A DNA stretch of 64,000 nucleotides from Vicinamibacteria bacterium (GCA_965215615.1 OZ244068.1:1568850-1632849), one strand, 5' to 3'; shown: positions 19,957 to 29,086, numbered from the stretch's first letter. Made by a program: numbers and translations. Notes: generated from the letters alone by a model not told the origin.

Positions 19957-20480
19957 GCGGTCGCTTCCTCCCGCACGGGTGCGGCGCGGCCTTCGCGCGG
20001 ATCCTCGAGCAGCGATCGCTCCCGGATCACGTCCTGGAGCGCCATGATCCCGTAGAGCAGCGCCTCCGGACGGGGCGGGCAGCCGGGCACGTAGATATCC
20101 ACCGGGATGATCTGGTCCACGCCCTTCACCACGTGGTAGCCGTGCTGCCAGTACGGGCCGCCGTTGTTGGCGCAACTGCCCATCGAGATCACGTACTTCG
20201 GCTCCGGCATCTGGTCGTAGAGCCGCTTGATCCGGATGGCCATCTTGTGGGTCACCGTCCCGGCGACGATCATCACGTCCGACTGGCGCGGGGTGGCGCG
20301 GGGAATCATCCCGAGCCGGTCCCAGTCGAACCGGCTGGCTCCGGTGGCCATCATCTCGATGGCGCAGCAGGCGAGCCCGAAGGTCATCGGCCAGAGCGCC
20401 GAAAGACGCGCCCAGTTCACGATCGCGCCCACGGTGGTCAGCGCGAGCTGGTTCTTTCCGAGAACGTTGATGAGATCCAC
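19953..20480 (-). CDS. nuoB: NADH-quinone oxidoreductase subunit B
   Basis: GTG at 20480 with a GGAG about 8 nt upstream. [21 protein letters not shown] and [12 protein letters not shown] are the N2-cluster Cys motifs. A longer start would overlap nuoA. Confidence 0.9.
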   Translation of the reverse strand: MDLINVLGKNQLALTTVGAIVNWARLSALWPMTFGLACCAIEMMATGASRFDWDRLGMIPRATPRQSDVMIVAGTVTHKMAIRIKRLYDQMPEPKYVISMGSCANNGGPYWQHGYHVVKGVDQIIPVDIYVPGCPPRPEALLYGIMALQDVIRERSLLEDPREGRAAPVREEATA

Positions 20481-20508
20481 TAGAGCTCCGCTTGGCTTCT
20501 CAAGACGG

Positions 20509-20925
20509 TCAGGCGGCCATGCGCTCGCGGGGTGCCGGACGCTCCTTGAGAGCCCGCCGATCCTCTTCGCGCACCCATTCGAGATCGCCCTTGACCCAGA
20601 CATCCGCGAGCCCGAGCACCAGCATGGCGATGAAGATCAGCCCGGCGATCAGCGCTCCGGCCCCCGCTTCGAGGTAGGTCAGAGCCCACGGAAGAAGCAG
20701 CACCGCTTCCACGTCGAAGATCAGGAAAACGAGCGCGAAGACGTAGAACCGGATATTGAACTGGACTCCCCAGGGTGTCCCGACCGGGTTCTCCCCACAC
20801 TCGTAGGGTTCGGACTTGCTCGCGAGCGGCTTCGACGGCCGCACCATCGAGGCGACCAGCATGGTCACCGCAACGAAGAGGATTCCGGCGAGAACGGCGA
20901 CCAGCGGCCCGAGAAAATCACCCAT
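20509..20925 (-). CDS. nuoA: NADH-quinone oxidoreductase subunit A
   Basis: 138 aa, 3 TM segments, KSEPYECGE and [15 protein letters not shown] (ND3 signature). Confidence 0.9.
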   Translation of the reverse strand: MGDFLGPLVAVLAGILFVAVTMLVASMVRPSKPLASKSEPYECGENPVGTPWGVQFNIRFYVFALVFLIFDVEAVLLLPWALTYLEAGAGALIAGLIFIAMLVLGLADVWVKGDLEWVREEDRRALKERPAPRERMAA

Positions 20926-21022
20926 GAAGAAAAACGACGAGGAAGCCCCGCCGACGGCGGAATCCTATCGGTCCGGAAGCGTCAGGTAAAGGCTCGAAGA
21001 AATCGGATGCATGGCAGGCCAC

Positions 21023-22945
21023 TCAGAAATCTCCCCGTGGGTTCGCCTCACCCGCCACTCTCGCCACCACATCCAGCTTCTCCCGAACCTCGGGATCGAT
21101 TTCATCCTCCGGCACATGCGTCACCAACTCGTGGTAATCGGTCTTCGCAAAGATGTCGGGCAAGCCGAGTTCGCCGAAGTACATCGGGAACAGGCGGTCC
21201 AGAAATGCGTCACTCGCCTTCAGGCCCCTGCCCCACGGTGAGCCGTGGCCAAGCGTCTCGAGGGCGGCACCGATTCGCTCGATGCATGCTCGCATGGTGC
21301 TGACCCGCTTCGCGGCTTCCGCTTCCCGGAACAGCGGCCCCGGAGCGACCTGCCGCCCGGACTGCGCCGCATAGCTTTCGAGAGTGGCGCTTGAACAGAC
21401 GTAGTTCTCGACTTCGCGACGCCGCCACATGAGCCATTCCACGCCCTCCGTGTCGGGCAGGCCCTTTTCCAGGCGATCGAAGAGCGCAATTCCCCGAAGC
21501 TCGGGGTGCGCTTCCCGGAGACCGTGAAAGTGTTCCGAGACGGCATTCGGCTGGTTGCCGACGTAGTGGACGAACGGGCGTTCGAGGGCGGCGAGCGCTC
21601 CCCGATGGTCCAGCCGCCTGGCGAAGGCACGCAGCATGGCCAGATCGGTGGAGCCTTCCAGGTACAGCACCCAGCCAGCCCGTTCCGCCTGGTAGTAGTG
21701 CTCGAATCCGATCCTGCCCAGCGCCTTTCGGAGCTGGCTCCCTCGCCCCCCGATCCGGTGCGGAGAACCCACGAACGCGATGACCAGGTCGCGCCCCGCC
21801 GCCTCGTTCAGGAGGATTTCCGAATGGCTCGCGGCGATGATCTGGCTTCCACTGGCGCGCGCCTCTTCCGTCAGGACCTGATAGATCTCCCGCTGGCGCA
21901 GGATTTCGAGATGCGCGTCCGGTTCGTCGAGCAACAGCACCGAGCCCGGGTTCGCGTACATGTACGCGAGCAGGAGCAGGGTTTGCTGGAGGCCGCGCCC
22001 ACTCGACGAGAGATCGAGCCGCACTCCCCGTTCGACATACGTCATCTCGATCTCACCCCGACGCGAGACGTAGTCGGGAGGATCGAGCTCCGAATCAAAG
22101 AGGGAACGAATCCGGGCCGTGAGCACCATCCATCCGTCCTGGTGTTCCCGGTGGACCCGGTAGCAAAGGTTCCTGAGAACCTCCGCTGTGCGCCCTTCCC
22201 CGATTCGGACATCGATCGCCCCGGAGTCGAGACGCGTCTCGTTGGCAGCCAGGCCGGACATCGGTGGGAGAAATGCGGTCCGAACGGAACACGCCTCGTC
22301 CGGGAATGGCATGCGATCCGGGTTCTTTGACTCCGAGAGCCGCAGTGGACGGCAGTAAAACGACTCCTGGTTCGCGTAGTCGAACTCCAGCCCCGAGGCC
22401 CAGGCGCGGCCCTCGGTCACTCCTTCCACGATGATGTCTATCCGGACATTGCTCGTCTTCAACAGGCTGTGGAGAAACTGGCGTGAGCACCGAGACGGGT
22501 GAAGCGCCCGTCTGACAAGGCGCGTGAGGGAGCCATAGCAGCGCTATTTCGACCGAAACGCAACGAAGAGCGAGCCTCCAGGCGAGCGTTCAGACGGGAT
22601 GCATCGCTCGTCGAATGCCGCGTTAGTTTTTCCACAGCCTGTTAAGCCGCCATCGGCGCGGCTGACCTCGCGTACGTGAAGATCACGCCAAAGCAGGTTG
22701 GCGTGCGGTACCGCAAGGGAAACGAGGTCGCGCCGGTTCACGGTCACCCCCAGGCGGCTCCTGGGTGTCCTGCGGCCGGAACGGCGTTCCTCCCACCGCT
22801 TCACCCCCACGTCCCAGAGTGCGAGAGCCTGGAGTGCCGTCGTCTTGCCCGAGTTGTTCGGTCCGATGAATACGACCGGATTCCCGAGTTCGATCTCCGC
22901 CGATCCAAAACGCTTGAAGTTCCGGACGGTGATCTTCGTGAGCAT
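21023..22945 (-). pseudogene. ABC/AAA-type ATPase with a C-terminal DUF4435/Toprim-like region (PARIS-like fused AriA-AriB architecture), interrupted by a MITE
   Basis: ORF 22544..22945 carries the N-terminus (MLTKITVRNFKRF.., Walker A GPNNSGKTT) and then reads into repeat sequence. ORF 21023..22462 carries the rest (Q-loop region, signature-like SSGRGLQQ, Walker B LLLDEPDAHLE, then VLYLEGSTDLAML...ALFDRLE). Both are in the same frame. Removing 183 bp (element plus one 4-bp flank) restores a continuous 579-codon ORF (..SRADGG-L-KTSNVRIDII..). Confidence 0.7.
22463..22641 (-). mobile_element. 179-bp MITE, copy 1 (inverted relative to copy 2)
   Basis: Ends are CAGGCTGTGGAGAAACTGGCGTG ... CGCGTTAGTTTTTCCACAGCCTG (imperfect about 23-bp TIR). 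Flanked by TCAA (22459-22462) and TTAA (22642-22645). 172/179 identical to the reverse complement of 43915..44093 by my manual alignment. No ORF for a transposase. Confidence 0.8.
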
Positions 22946-22967
22946 GCTCTTCTCGAAACTGCCCGAA

Positions 22968-23453
22968 TCAGGAGGCCCACCGAACCCGCTCGAAGGTCAT
23001 CGAGTTGCCGCTCGGAAAGCGGAGCGTCATCCGGTCTCCTTCCACCTCGACTTCGCAGGGCTCCCGGTGGTTCCGGTCCGCCTCGGCGGCCGAGCGAAGC
23101 GCCATGCTCAGAGGAGCCGCAGCGAGCGGCCCCACTGCCTCCCCCGCCGAGAGATGGTACGTGTGGGTGAGCAGCAACGAATTCCCGTCCCGCGACCATT
23201 CCCCGCCTTCCGCGGAGCCCCGCGCCGGTTCTCCCGATTCGCCGGTCACGAAGAAGAGCACGAACCACTCGCCGCGGCTCGGGGCAGCCGGATCCGGCCG
23301 GAAGGAAATCCTCCCGTCCACCGGAAGTTCGCCACCCTCCGCCATCTGGTAGGCGCGGGGTCGCCAGGCACCGACCAGCGGATCCGCCTCCTCGATTCCG
23401 CAGGCGGCGAGCAGGACGAGAAGAAAGGCGGCGCGAAGGATCACGGAAACCAC
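22968..23453 (-). CDS. small lipoprotein, function unknown
   Basis: C-terminal part of ORF 22968..23873. GTG candidates at 23459, 23453 and 23444 precede VVSVILRAAFLLVLLAACG (lipobox). The rest of the long ORF is antisense to the glycosyltransferase gene. Confidence 0.5.
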   Translation of the reverse strand: MVSVILRAAFLLVLLAACGIEEADPLVGAWRPRAYQMAEGGELPVDGRISFRPDPAAPSRGEWFVLFFVTGESGEPARGSAEGGEWSRDGNSLLLTHTYHLSAGEAVGPLAAAPLSMALRSAAEADRNHREPCEVEVEGDRMTLRFPSGNSMTFERVRWAS

Positions 23454-23460
23454 AACCACG

Positions 23461-24159
23461 ATGATACGCGGGGTGGACCCACCCACCCTTTCTGTCGTCA
23501 TCCCGACTCTCGATGCCGCGAACACTCTCGCGGGAGCCCTCGACTCGGTTCCTCGGGGTGCCGAAATTCTGGTGGTGGATGGAGGCAGCTGCGACCGGAC
23601 CCGCGAAATCGCCACTGGCAGAGGCATCCGGGTGTTCGAAGCACCCACCGGGCGCGCTCCCCAGATGAACCGGGGTGCGGAAGCCGCCGGCGGCGAAGTG
23701 CTGCTCTTCCTCCACGCCGACTGCCGCCTCCCGGCGAACGCGAATACCGAGATCGCGCGCATCCTCGATAGCCCGGAAACCGTCGGGGGCTGGTTCCCCC
23801 TGCGGGTGCTGCCCGATTCCTGGCTGATGCGGCGGGCGGCGGGTGGTTCCAACCGCCGGGCGCGCTGGCTCACCCTGCCCTACGGCGACCAGGCGCTCTT
23901 CGTCCGCCGCGCCGCCTTCGTCACGGCCGGCGGGTTTCCCGAAGAACCGCTCATGGAAGATGCCGGACTCGCCCGCCGCCTCCGCCGGATCGGCCACCTC
24001 GCCCCCGCCCGGTCCCCGGTCGTGACCGGCCCCGATCACTGGGGGCGACTCGGCCCGATCCCGACCGCGATCCTCGATTACCTCGTGCTCGGAGCGTGGC
24101 TCGCCGGGGTTCCGCCCCGCTGGATCGCGCCGTGGTACCTGCCCCTCCAACGGGGCTGA
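23461..24159 (+). CDS. family-2 glycosyltransferase, TIGR04283-like
   Basis: 232 aa with LSVVIPTLDAANTL, ILVVDGGSCDRT, LLFLHADCRLP and PYGDQALFVRR. This pattern is the GT2 group that usually partners DUF2064 (TIGR04282). Confidence 0.8.
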   Translation: MIRGVDPPTLSVVIPTLDAANTLAGALDSVPRGAEILVVDGGSCDRTREIATGRGIRVFEAPTGRAPQMNRGAEAAGGEVLLFLHADCRLPANANTEIARILDSPETVGGWFPLRVLPDSWLMRRAAGGSNRRARWLTLPYGDQALFVRRAAFVTAGGFPEEPLMEDAGLARRLRRIGHLAPARSPVVTGPDHWGRLGPIPTAILDYLVLGAWLAGVPPRWIAPWYLPLQRG

Positions 24160-24201
24160 TCGCGTCAATATCTGTCACATCTCTGCGTCATCCTTTTCCG
24201 C

Positions 24202-25455
24202 ATGGACATCCTTCTTCCCTTCCTCACCCTTTTGCTCGGCATCGCTGCCGGTGTCGTACTCACGAACTCCCGCGCCTCGAAAGCGCGGGAGCAGGTGATC
24301 CGGCTCCAGGCAGACCGGGACGCCGCGGCGGAAGCCCGCGAAGCCCGGATCACCGACCGGATCGCCGATCTCGAGCAGATGCGCGACTCGTTCACCGCCC
24401 TGTCGGCGGAGGCTCTCGAAAAGAACAGCGACAACTTCCTCCGACTCGCTTCGGAAAAACAGACCTCCGCGAACCGGGATCTCAAGGAGCTCGTGGGACC
24501 GCTGCGCGAGCAACTCGGCAAGCTCGATACCCACGTGGGCGAGCTCGAAAAGACCCGGGCCGGCGCGTACCAGGAGATCCGCACCGAGGTCCGAAACCTC
24601 CGCGAGGGCCAGACGGAACTCCGGAAGGAAACCGGCAATCTGGTCAGCGCGCTGCTGCGGCCCGAGACGCGGGGCCGGTGGGGCGAGATCCAGTTGCGCC
24701 GCGTCCTCCAATCGGCGGGGATGGTGCCCGGCCAGGACTTCTTCGAGCAGGCGTCACGCCCCGGCGAAGAGGGCAAGCTCCGCCCCGACGTGATCGTCAG
24801 GCTGCCCGGCCGGGGGCAGATCGTGGTGGACGCGAAGACCCCGCTCGATGCCTACCTCCGCATGGTGAAGGCCGAGACCGACGAGGAACGGCGCGACGCT
24901 CTCAAGGCCCACGTCCGTCAGGTCCACGAGCAGGTGCGGAATCTGGGTTCCAAGGAGTACGCGAACTCCTTCCCGGACACCCCGGACTTCGTGGTCATGT
25001 TCCTCCCGGCGGATTCGATCTTCGCAGCCGCGCTGGAGGGAGACCCGGAGTTGCTCGATGTCGCGATGCGGAAGGGCGTGGTCATCAGCACCCCCGCGAC
25101 CTTCATCGCGCTCGCGAAAGCGGTGGCCCACGGGTGGCGGCAGGAGCGCGCCGCCCGCGAGACCCGGGAGATTCTCGATCTTGGAAAGAATCTCTTCGAC
25201 CGCCTCCGGATGTTCGCCGGGCACTACAGCGAAGTGGGGAAATCGCTCGGGCAGGCCGTCGATCGCTACAACAAGAGCGTCGGCTCCTTCGACCGCCGGC
25301 TGCTCCCCGCCACCCGGAAGCTGGTGGAACTTCACGCCGCGCCCGGCGAAACGGAGATCCGCGAAGTCCCGAGGCTGAACGAGAGCATCCACTCGCTCGC
25401 GCTCGCGCCGCAAGAACCCGAGATCCTCCCGACGACGAAATCCAGGGCATCGTGA
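24202..25455 (+). CDS. rmuC: DNA recombination protein RmuC
   Basis: 417 aa with an N-terminal TM helix, a long coiled-coil, then RGRWGEIQLRRVLQSAGM, PDVIVRLPGRGQIVVDAKTPL and DFVVMFLP (RmuC nuclease-like core). Confidence 0.9.
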   Translation: MDILLPFLTLLLGIAAGVVLTNSRASKAREQVIRLQADRDAAAEAREARITDRIADLEQMRDSFTALSAEALEKNSDNFLRLASEKQTSANRDLKELVGPLREQLGKLDTHVGELEKTRAGAYQEIRTEVRNLREGQTELRKETGNLVSALLRPETRGRWGEIQLRRVLQSAGMVPGQDFFEQASRPGEEGKLRPDVIVRLPGRGQIVVDAKTPLDAYLRMVKAETDEERRDALKAHVRQVHEQVRNLGSKEYANSFPDTPDFVVMFLPADSIFAAALEGDPELLDVAMRKGVVISTPATFIALAKAVAHGWRQERAARETREILDLGKNLFDRLRMFAGHYSEVGKSLGQAVDRYNKSVGSFDRRLLPATRKLVELHAAPGETEIREVPRLNESIHSLALAPQEPEILPTTKSRAS

Positions 25456-25812
25456 GACCGCTCGCGCTCTGCCCTCCGCACCACACGGTCGTCCACGAGT
25501 GGGACACCACGCCGATCACCGTCCGGGCGGACCCGAAGATGCACGATGTGACCCGCCACCAGATGATCCGGTTCGCGGAGCGGCTCGGCTACCGGGTGCT
25601 CGCTCGCGAATTCGCCGAGGAATCGAGAGGCGGCGGACCTCTCCGTGGAGGTCGTCGCTGCATCCACGGGAGAGATCAGCCATCTGTTCGGGTTCGGGCA
25701 CCACGTGTGTGCCCCGGACGAGCCCAACGACCCGAACCGGGAACTGACCCGCGACGGCGAGCCGGCCATGCCCGCCGATCTCGACCTCATCGGCTGCATC
25801 TTCCCGCGCTGA
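25452..25812 (+). pseudogene. small CDS with an apparent +1 frame change (function unknown)
   Basis: The GTG at 25452 overlaps the rmuC stop (GTGA). Third-position G+C is high in that frame up to about 25620 (..MHDVTRHQMIRFAERLGYRVLAREFAEE). It then collapses there and becomes high in the +1 frame (..EAADLSVEVVAASTGEISHLFGFGHHVCAPDEPNDPNRELTRDGEPAMPADLDLIGCIFPR, stop 25810-25812). Confidence 0.35.
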
Positions 25813-25829
25813 CCCGCTCCGTTCGCCGT

Positions 25830-26423
25830 TCAGTCTTCGGGGCGCGCGGCGAACTCATGGATCCAGTCCACGACGTTGCCGAAGCGGGCGCGGGAGAGGT
25901 GGACGGCGCGGGCGATCTGGCGGACGGAGAGGCCACCCCGCGCGAGAAGACGCACCAGATCCTTCATCCGGATGCAGGCGAACAGATGCCACAACTGGTC
26001 GCGCTCGACGGGGGTGAGTTCGGTCGCGCGGAACATGCGACCGAGCGCCGCACCATCGGGACGATCCGGATATCCCGCAAGATAGCCGGCCGACAGCCGG
26101 GCGAAGAACGCATCCGAATCCCTCACCGGAACCGGGAGCGCCGTGCGAGCGCGTGGATGATCGAACCGGCTCAGGGGAAGAAGGTCTCGGGGAAGGCGTT
26201 TTACGGGATCGAAGCCGAAGCAGCGGGGAGGCTTCTCCGGCCCGCCGATGAGCGAACCGTGCTCGCCGAGGCCTTCCGCTTCCGGGTCGCCGCCCCGGAG
26301 CAGGCACTCCTCTACCGCCTGGCGTTCGGCGACGGCCCAGATCGCTTCGGGACTCGCCCTGAGATCCGGATCGTCGGCCGGAGGGTGGAAATAAAAGTGG
26401 CGAATCTTTCCGAGATCGAGCAT
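25830..26423 (-). CDS. uncharacterised protein with a C-terminal helix-turn-helix, downstream partner of the AbiEii-like gene
   Basis: Start taken at the internal Met (MLDLGKIRHFYFHPP..) of ORF 25830..26588, 11 nt after the upstream stop. The C-terminus LTPVERDQLWHLFACIRMKDLVRLLARGGLSVRQIARAVHLSRARFGNVVDW looks like a sigma-R4/resolvase-type HTH. Confidence 0.55.
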   Translation of the reverse strand: MLDLGKIRHFYFHPPADDPDLRASPEAIWAVAERQAVEECLLRGGDPEAEGLGEHGSLIGGPEKPPRCFGFDPVKRLPRDLLPLSRFDHPRARTALPVPVRDSDAFFARLSAGYLAGYPDRPDGAALGRMFRATELTPVERDQLWHLFACIRMKDLVRLLARGGLSVRQIARAVHLSRARFGNVVDWIHEFAARPED

Positions 26424-26434
26424 GAGCGGCCGCC

Positions 26435-27166
26435 TCAGCGGTCCGGAGGAGGATCGATAAGGAAGGATCGGAGCTCCGAACCGGGGGGCAGCGCTTCCGC
26501 GAGGATCTCTTTGGCGATGCGGACCGCGTTCGACGCGGCGTATGAACTCGCTGGTCGGATCAGTGGCTGGGCGTGGCTCTCGAACCAACCTCCAGGCAGG
26601 GAATATAAATGCGTCTGAATCTCCTGGAGTTCAGAATCGGCGACGAGCCGCAGCGTGTTGCGAAGCGCACCTGGCTCCTTCTCTCGGGCAACTGCCAGAT
26701 CGTAGAGATCGCGTGGAAGCAGCCGCCCCCGCAAATACATGCGGTAGTAGATCTTCTTCGCGAGGATTTCGGAAGTGGATTCAAGAGGCACGGCGGTGTT
26801 GCGGACCGTGTCGGAAGACGCAGGAACCCGGGTGAGAGGGGGACTCGTGGCGAGCGTTACTTCGTCGATCTGATCGCCCTGACGGACGTGGATGGTCGCG
26901 AGGCCGGAATCCACTTCAACGGACTGGGCACCCAGATGGCATCGCGCCTCTTCGCGGAAAGCGAACCGTTCTTCGAAGAGGTGCCTGTAAGACGCGGGAT
27001 CGATGAACAGATCCACATCGGTGCTGTGGCGATGCGCCCAACGGGCAGCCAGTGCAGTTCCTCCCCCAAGTCGCATGTGATGCTGGCCGCCCAGGAATCT
27101 GCCCAGAATGTGGCGCACCGCCTCGAAAAGTTCGGCGGGCCCGGACGGGAGATCGTAAGCGGCCAT
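26435..27166 (-). CDS. nucleotidyltransferase, AbiEii/AbiGii (DUF1814) toxin family
   Basis: 243 aa. LGGGTALAARWAHRHSTDVDLF is the Pol-beta NTase G(G/S)..D.D motif in the AbiEii context. Later EILAKKIYYRM..RLLPRDLYDL matches the C-terminal half of the family. Confidence 0.8.
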   Translation of the reverse strand: MAAYDLPSGPAELFEAVRHILGRFLGGQHHMRLGGGTALAARWAHRHSTDVDLFIDPASYRHLFEERFAFREEARCHLGAQSVEVDSGLATIHVRQGDQIDEVTLATSPPLTRVPASSDTVRNTAVPLESTSEILAKKIYYRMYLRGRLLPRDLYDLAVAREKEPGALRNTLRLVADSELQEIQTHLYSLPGGWFESHAQPLIRPASSYAASNAVRIAKEILAEALPPGSELRSFLIDPPPDR

Positions 27167-27319
27167 CAGGCGGCAACTCTCATCAGGGACGCAGTGGGTG
27201 GGGAGGTTCGTGGGCTGCCGGTGATTTTTCGCACGGAGCAGGTCGTTCCCAAAGAGTTCCGGTCCAGACCCGGGATGCTACGCCCCCCCGATCCCGCGGC
27301 CCCTATACTTGGCCCCGCA

Positions 27320-27658
27320 ATGAGAAGACGGGGCCGCGAGCCGCTCGCCGGAGCCCTGGTCGCGCTCGTTCTCGCGTTCGCGGTGGTCTGCCCGGTGATG
27401 GCCGCTCCCGGCATTCCCGAAAGTCAGGGATGCCATCAGGAAGGGGAATCCACGCCGGACGCAGTGGCTGAGACCACGGCCTGCTGCTCCTCGGTGATCG
27501 CTCCGCGATCCGCGGATGGAGGCCCGGACACCGTCCCCGCGCGGATCCCGGTGGTCGTCACCGCCGAACCGAAGCGGGCCGCTCCGCCTGTCGCTGCCCC
27601 GCACTTCCGCGAAACCGGCCCTTCGCTGTTCGTCCGACACGCCGCGCTGCTGATCTGA
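27320..27658 (+). CDS. small exported Cys/His-containing protein preceding the metal efflux operon
   Basis: Internal ATG of ORF 26609..27658. MRRRGREPLAGALVALVLAFAVVCPVMAAPG signal-like segment, then CHQEGE and ACC. No family recognised. Confidence 0.45.
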   Translation: MRRRGREPLAGALVALVLAFAVVCPVMAAPGIPESQGCHQEGESTPDAVAETTACCSSVIAPRSADGGPDTVPARIPVVVTAEPKRAAPPVAAPHFRETGPSLFVRHAALLI

Positions 27659-27784
27659 GCCGCCGCCCGTCCGTCAGGTTCTGCTGACCCGGGCCGTGCG
27701 GCCACGCCGCCACCGGGCCAGCCCTCCCCGCGGGATCGCCATCCGCGATTCCCTGCCCTGTCGCCACCGCGGCACCGTCTCCTC

Positions 27785-29086
27785 ATGCACTTCGCCCGCA
27801 CCCTCGCCGGATTCGCGCTCCTCGCCGGATTCCCCTCTCCCGGAGAAACCTGGCCGGATATCCGAGCCCCGGAACCCCAACTCGCCCGCTGCCTCGAGAA
27901 CGCCCTCGAAGCGAACCCCGGACTCCTCGCCTCGCGAGCCGAATCGGAAGCGGCCCGGGAACGCATCCCGCAACGAACCGCGCTCCCCGACCCCACCCTC
28001 CAGCTCACCCAGGCGATCCGCAGCGTGGAAACCCGCGTCGGCGGGCAGATCGGCGGGATCACCCTGAGCCAGAGTTTCCCGTGGTTCGGTGCCCGATCTC
28101 TCGAAGGCCGCATCGCGACCGCCGAAGCCGAGAGCGCAAGCCGGCTTCACGAGGCCGCCGAGCGCCAGATCCTCGTCGAAGCCAAGCGGGCCTTCTACGA
28201 GATCGCCTATCTCGACGAAGCGCTCCGTCTCGCCGCCGAAGAGCGATCCCTGCTCGGGCACTACGAAACCCTCGCGAGGGCGCGCTACGCGAGCGGCGAG
28301 GGACTGCAGCGAGGAGTGATCCGGCTCCAGGCGGAGTTGAGCCGGGTCCGGGACCGCGAGTTGGGGTACGAGGGGCACCGCCGGGCGCTCACCGCCCACC
28401 TGAACACCCTGTGCGGCCGGCCGCCGGAAACCGAAGTGGCTCCCATCGGTCCGATGGAATTGCCGGAAATCACGCTGGATCAGGATGAGCTCCTCGCGCT
28501 CGGCGAGGCGAACCGACAGGAAATCCTCGCCGGAAAAGCCCTCGCGCGGGGCAACGAGGACCAAAGGGAACTCGCCACTCTCGACAACCGGCCCCGCCTC
28601 ACCGCGAGCCTCGCCTACCTGAACGTGCTCGGCCGCGACGGGCTTTCGGGCCTCCCTACGGACAACGGCAAGAACGCGCTCAGCATCTCGCTGGGCCTGA
28701 CTCTCCCGGTCTGGAAGGAAAAGTACCGGGCGGCGGCCCGGGAAGCCGCCAGCCGGTTGACCGCGAGCCGGGAACGCCTCGAGGAGGCGCGGGACGCGGT
28801 GGCACACGCCGTCGAGCGAAGCCTCGCGCGGCTCGGAACCCTCGAAGAGCAGATCGCGCTGCTCGACGGGGTTCTCATTCCCCAGAGCGAAGAAGCGCTT
28901 CGCGCCACCGAAGCGGCCTATGAAACCGGCCAGGCGGGTGTCCTCGATCTGCTCGACAGCGAGCGGATCCAGATCGACGTGCGACGCATGCGCGCCCGCC
29001 ACCTTTCGGACTTCCTCATCGCCCTCGCCGAACTCGAACGGGGGATCGGGGTCCGCGTGCCGGAAGGCCACGGAGAAGAGTCATGA
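27785..29086 (+). CDS. TolC-family outer-membrane efflux factor (CusC/CzcC-like)
   Basis: 433 aa with a signal peptide and two repeats of the OEP pattern (L..L...AL..NP.L.A......A......A.....P.L). 4-nt overlap with the adaptor gene. Confidence 0.85.
   Translation: MHFARTLAGFALLAGFPSPGETWPDIRAPEPQLARCLENALEANPGLLASRAESEAARERIPQRTALPDPTLQLTQAIRSVETRVGGQIGGITLSQSFPWFGARSLEGRIATAEAESASRLHEAAERQILVEAKRAFYEIAYLDEALRLAAEERSLLGHYETLARARYASGEGLQRGVIRLQAELSRVRDRELGYEGHRRALTAHLNTLCGRPPETEVAPIGPMELPEITLDQDELLALGEANRQEILAGKALARGNEDQRELATLDNRPRLTASLAYLNVLGRDGLSGLPTDNGKNALSISLGLTLPVWKEKYRAAAREAASRLTASRERLEEARDAVAHAVERSLARLGTLEEQIALLDGVLIPQSEEALRATEAAYETGQAGVLDLLDSERIQIDVRRMRARHLSDFLIALAELERGIGVRVPEGHGEES

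Noticed and set aside
25332-25799. 155-aa minus-strand ORF between rmuC and the HTH gene
   Set aside because: It overlaps the rmuC 3' end, has poor GC3 and has no motifs. The plus-strand frames carry the coding signal here.
24096-26618. 840-aa plus-strand ORF
   Set aside because: It is a read-through frame that overlaps rmuC and is antisense to the HTH and AbiEii genes. Only the short segment 25452 to about 25620 has coding-like GC3 (see the frameshift finding).
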